Positions 61,666 through 64,000 of a DNA stretch of 64,000 nt are shown here, in pieces. The stretch covers positions 8,424-72,423 of the IMG/VR virus record IMGVR_UViG_3300023301_000006. One strand, written 5' to 3'. The DNA is from a virus. A program made the position numbers and the translations under genes. The notes beneath the pieces are model-generated. The model did no database searches, was not told the origin of the DNA, and worked only from the letters and a program-made list of their open reading frames with translations. Within the stretch, counting starts at the first letter, position 1, and each line of letters starts with the position of its first letter.

Positions 61666-61944
61666 TTAGTCTTCTTCTGTTTTTTCATCATTCTCAACTT
61701 TTTCTTTATCTTCTTTTTTCTTTTCTTCAACTTGCTCAACTAATCTTTCAATCTGCTCAGTTTCAAAATCAACCTTTTCTTTTTTAAGGATTACTTTAAT
61801 AACAATGTTATCGCCGTTTTCCTTGTCTTCGATTAATAGACCTTGCTTTACATGACCTTTTACTAAAAAGTCCTTAAATTCTGCTTGAGCGATTGTTTCG
61901 TATAAACCATTTCTCTTTAATTCATTAGCTGTTAATTTTCTCAT
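61666..61944 (-). CDS. NELKRN family protein, copy 3
   Basis: LTANELKRNGLYETIAQ. Confidence 0.72.
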   Translation of the reverse strand: MRKLTANELKRNGLYETIAQAEFKDFLVKGHVKQGLLIEDKENGDNIVIKVILKKEKVDFETEQIERLVEQVEEKKKEDKEKVENDEKTEED

Positions 61945-62595
61945 AATATTCAACCCCTTTTAATTTTTAGAATAACAACCTTTTTGTTATCCTTTTCTAT
62001 ACTCTTATTATACCAAATATTTCATAGAATGTCAAGACTTTTTTTAATTCTTTTTTTCTTTTATTGCCTTTCTTTCTATACTCTTATTATAACATTTTTT
62101 CTACAAGGTGTCAAGCTTTTATCCAAAGTATTTAATAATTTTAATCATTAGCCAAAATGCCAAACCCACAACACTAATTTGGAATAAGCCAACTGCTACC
62201 ATTGTAGCGACAACAGTTTTATCAGTAGTTTCGCTTTTCATAATGTTTCCCCCTTTTCTCTATACCCTTATTATATCAGACAAGAGATAAAATGTCAAGA
62301 CTTTTTTTATTTTTATTTTACCTTGAGAAATACTTTTCATCTCTTTGCTATACTCATATTGTATCATTCCGAATACAGTTTGTCAAGAGTTTTCTGAAGT
62401 TTTTTCTTCAAGGTGCTTTTTGTTTATCTCTTTTCTATACCTTAATTATACCAAAATATGCCCAAAAAGTCAAGGGTTTTCTTTGTCTAATTACAATTAT
62501 TTGTGTAAACAAAACCTTACAAATCGTCCCGGGCACACTTTACACAATCTTTACAATTGTAAGCAAAAAAAAGTCCCTATTTCTAGGGATATTTT

Positions 62596-63021
62596 CTAAA
62601 GGATAACCGTTTCGTCGCCAGAAGTCATTTTGAATTTTGTTACTTTTTCAATTTTCATTCTGCCAAATTTTTTATTTAATTCTGATAGCTCTAATTTTTT
62701 TTCTTTAAATTCTTTTTCACTTTCAAAGGTTTTATTTACAAACAACTCAATTCCGTAATTAATGCCGTTTCCATCAATCCCATAGTCCCAAATATTTTTC
62801 ACAAAGTCATTTGGTTCAATTGTTGTAAAAAAATCTCCTTTAACTTCACTATGTTTCCCGTCCAAGTCCCCAAAATACCATTCTTTTCTAATATTCTTAG
62901 ATAATTTTTCTAAGTCTTCTTTTTTACAAATAATACCACATAAACCTGTAGAATTAGAATATTCGCCGTAACCCCAATAACCAATAAAAGCATAATCTTT
63001 AAATTCTAACATAATTTCCAT
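62596..63021 (-). CDS. hypothetical protein, paralog of 51332..51727
   Basis: DLDGKHSEV. Confidence 0.7.
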   Translation of the reverse strand: MEIMLEFKDYAFIGYWGYGEYSNSTGLCGIICKKEDLEKLSKNIRKEWYFGDLDGKHSEVKGDFFTTIEPNDFVKNIWDYGIDGNGINYGIELFVNKTFESEKEFKEKKLELSELNKKFGRMKIEKVTKFKMTSGDETVIL

Positions 63022-63079
63022 CTCCTTTTCTATACTCTAATTATACATCAATATTATTAATTTGTCAAGGAATTTCTTC

Positions 63080-63832
63080 CTAAAGTGACAATCAAGCCAC
63101 TTTAAAGAAGTTTTTCACTTTTCGCCAAGGTGCTCCACAAAATCCAGTTTTATATGTTTTTGTGTTATATACTAATTTTCTATCTAAGTTGTGATAAATC
63201 ATACTTTCATCAATTGCGTCTGCTAGTCCAGTATGTTCCTCAATATAATAGTCATCGCCAAACATAAATCTATAAGTAACTTCTGCATTTGTTTTGTAAT
63301 TTCCTTTTTCTGTTACATGTCCATTTTCTAAAACAAATTCTTGAAAACTTTCTTGTAGTAAAACTGTCTCACATACTAGACCCCAAATATCTAAAAATTC
63401 ATATTGACCTTTTACAATTAATTTAAATGACTCTTTGTAGTCAACTTTTTTGTTGTCTTTATATTTTAAAGTTCTTTTTCCTTTTGCTAAAATTCTCATA
63501 TAGCTATGAACCAAAGCTCTAATATCAAATAATAAGTTATAAGCTAATACTTTTGAAACATTATTTATTTCAATATCATTTCTTAAAATTTTAACCATTT
63601 CTAAAAATGGAATTGTAATATGCTCTAAAGCTAAGTAATGTTTTTTTACTTTATCCGCAAAATATGCACTATCCATTAATTCTTTGTTGTTAAAAATTTC
63701 TTCTACTAAAAATCTTCTTTTCTTTAATGTTTTGCCTTGTGGTGAAGTAATTACCCAACCGATATCGTAAATTAGTGGTTTGTAAACTGAACCTGCTGTT
63801 TCTACATCAAATGTTAAGTTATTCTTTTTCAT
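63080..63832 (-). CDS. DEDDh 3'-5' exonuclease
   Basis: FDVETA, AYNLLFD, EEHTGLADAIDE; TGA at 63092 followed by LSL-TAG. Confidence 0.82.
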
Positions 63833-64000
63833 AATTTTTTCCCCTTAATCTTTTTTTAGTTTCCCTTTGTCTTTCTATACTCTTATTATACCATAGTGAT
63901 TGAGATTGTCAAGCTTTATTTTAATTCTTTTTTAGATTATTTATCTCTTTCTTTCTATACTCTTATTATAACACATCTGAGACCCTTGTCAAGCTTTATT

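Larger units (their letters stand above)
57240..62565. repeat. dispersed TGTAA-N8-TTACA palindromes, often paired around a CCGG-containing spacer
   Basis: Perfect copies start at 57265, 57526, 58463, 59815, 59852, 61189, 61226, 62504 (also 33235). Confidence 0.75.

Noticed and set aside
3120-62606. Numerous short opposite-strand ORFs in the track (e.g. 3120, 6159, 11973, 31189, 46359, 56071, 62292)
   Set aside because: They are antisense shadows of well-supported genes or promoter repeats, with no RBS and Ser/Phe/Ile-rich composition.

Overview
64 kb of an AT-rich, large tailed-phage genome, most likely infecting a walled Firmicute: SigA-type promoters, GGAGG ribosome-binding sites and a lytic transglycosylase point that way. 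Layout: (i) 1-25 kb, minus strand, nucleotide metabolism and a complete phage replisome (thymidine kinase, dUTPase, class II RNR, dNMP kinase, DnaE, RecJ, primase, DnaB-like helicase, Sak4-like ATPase, SSB), interrupted by seven group I introns and one intein; (ii) 25-36.6 kb, plus strand, with a probable ROOL RNA, a minimal tmRNA-like RNA, 18 tRNAs and other structured RNAs; (iii) 36.7-64 kb, mostly minus strand, with an NAD-salvage cluster, a long array of short paralogous genes sharing a C-terminal Y-x-E-V/I tail, an iteron-type plasmid replicon, promoter-fronted early gene cassettes and two more tRNAs. Main result: many apparently broken ORFs are joined by in-frame TGA codons at positions where Trp fits, and the window encodes a tRNA with anticodon TCA. 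The phage therefore appears to read UGA as Trp, with TGA codons in the dnaE, recJ, primase, helicase and Sak4-like genes, next to a plasmid-type Rep/iteron origin that needs no recoding and a tag-less tmRNA mimic. All family assignments come from motif recognition by eye; no database search was run.
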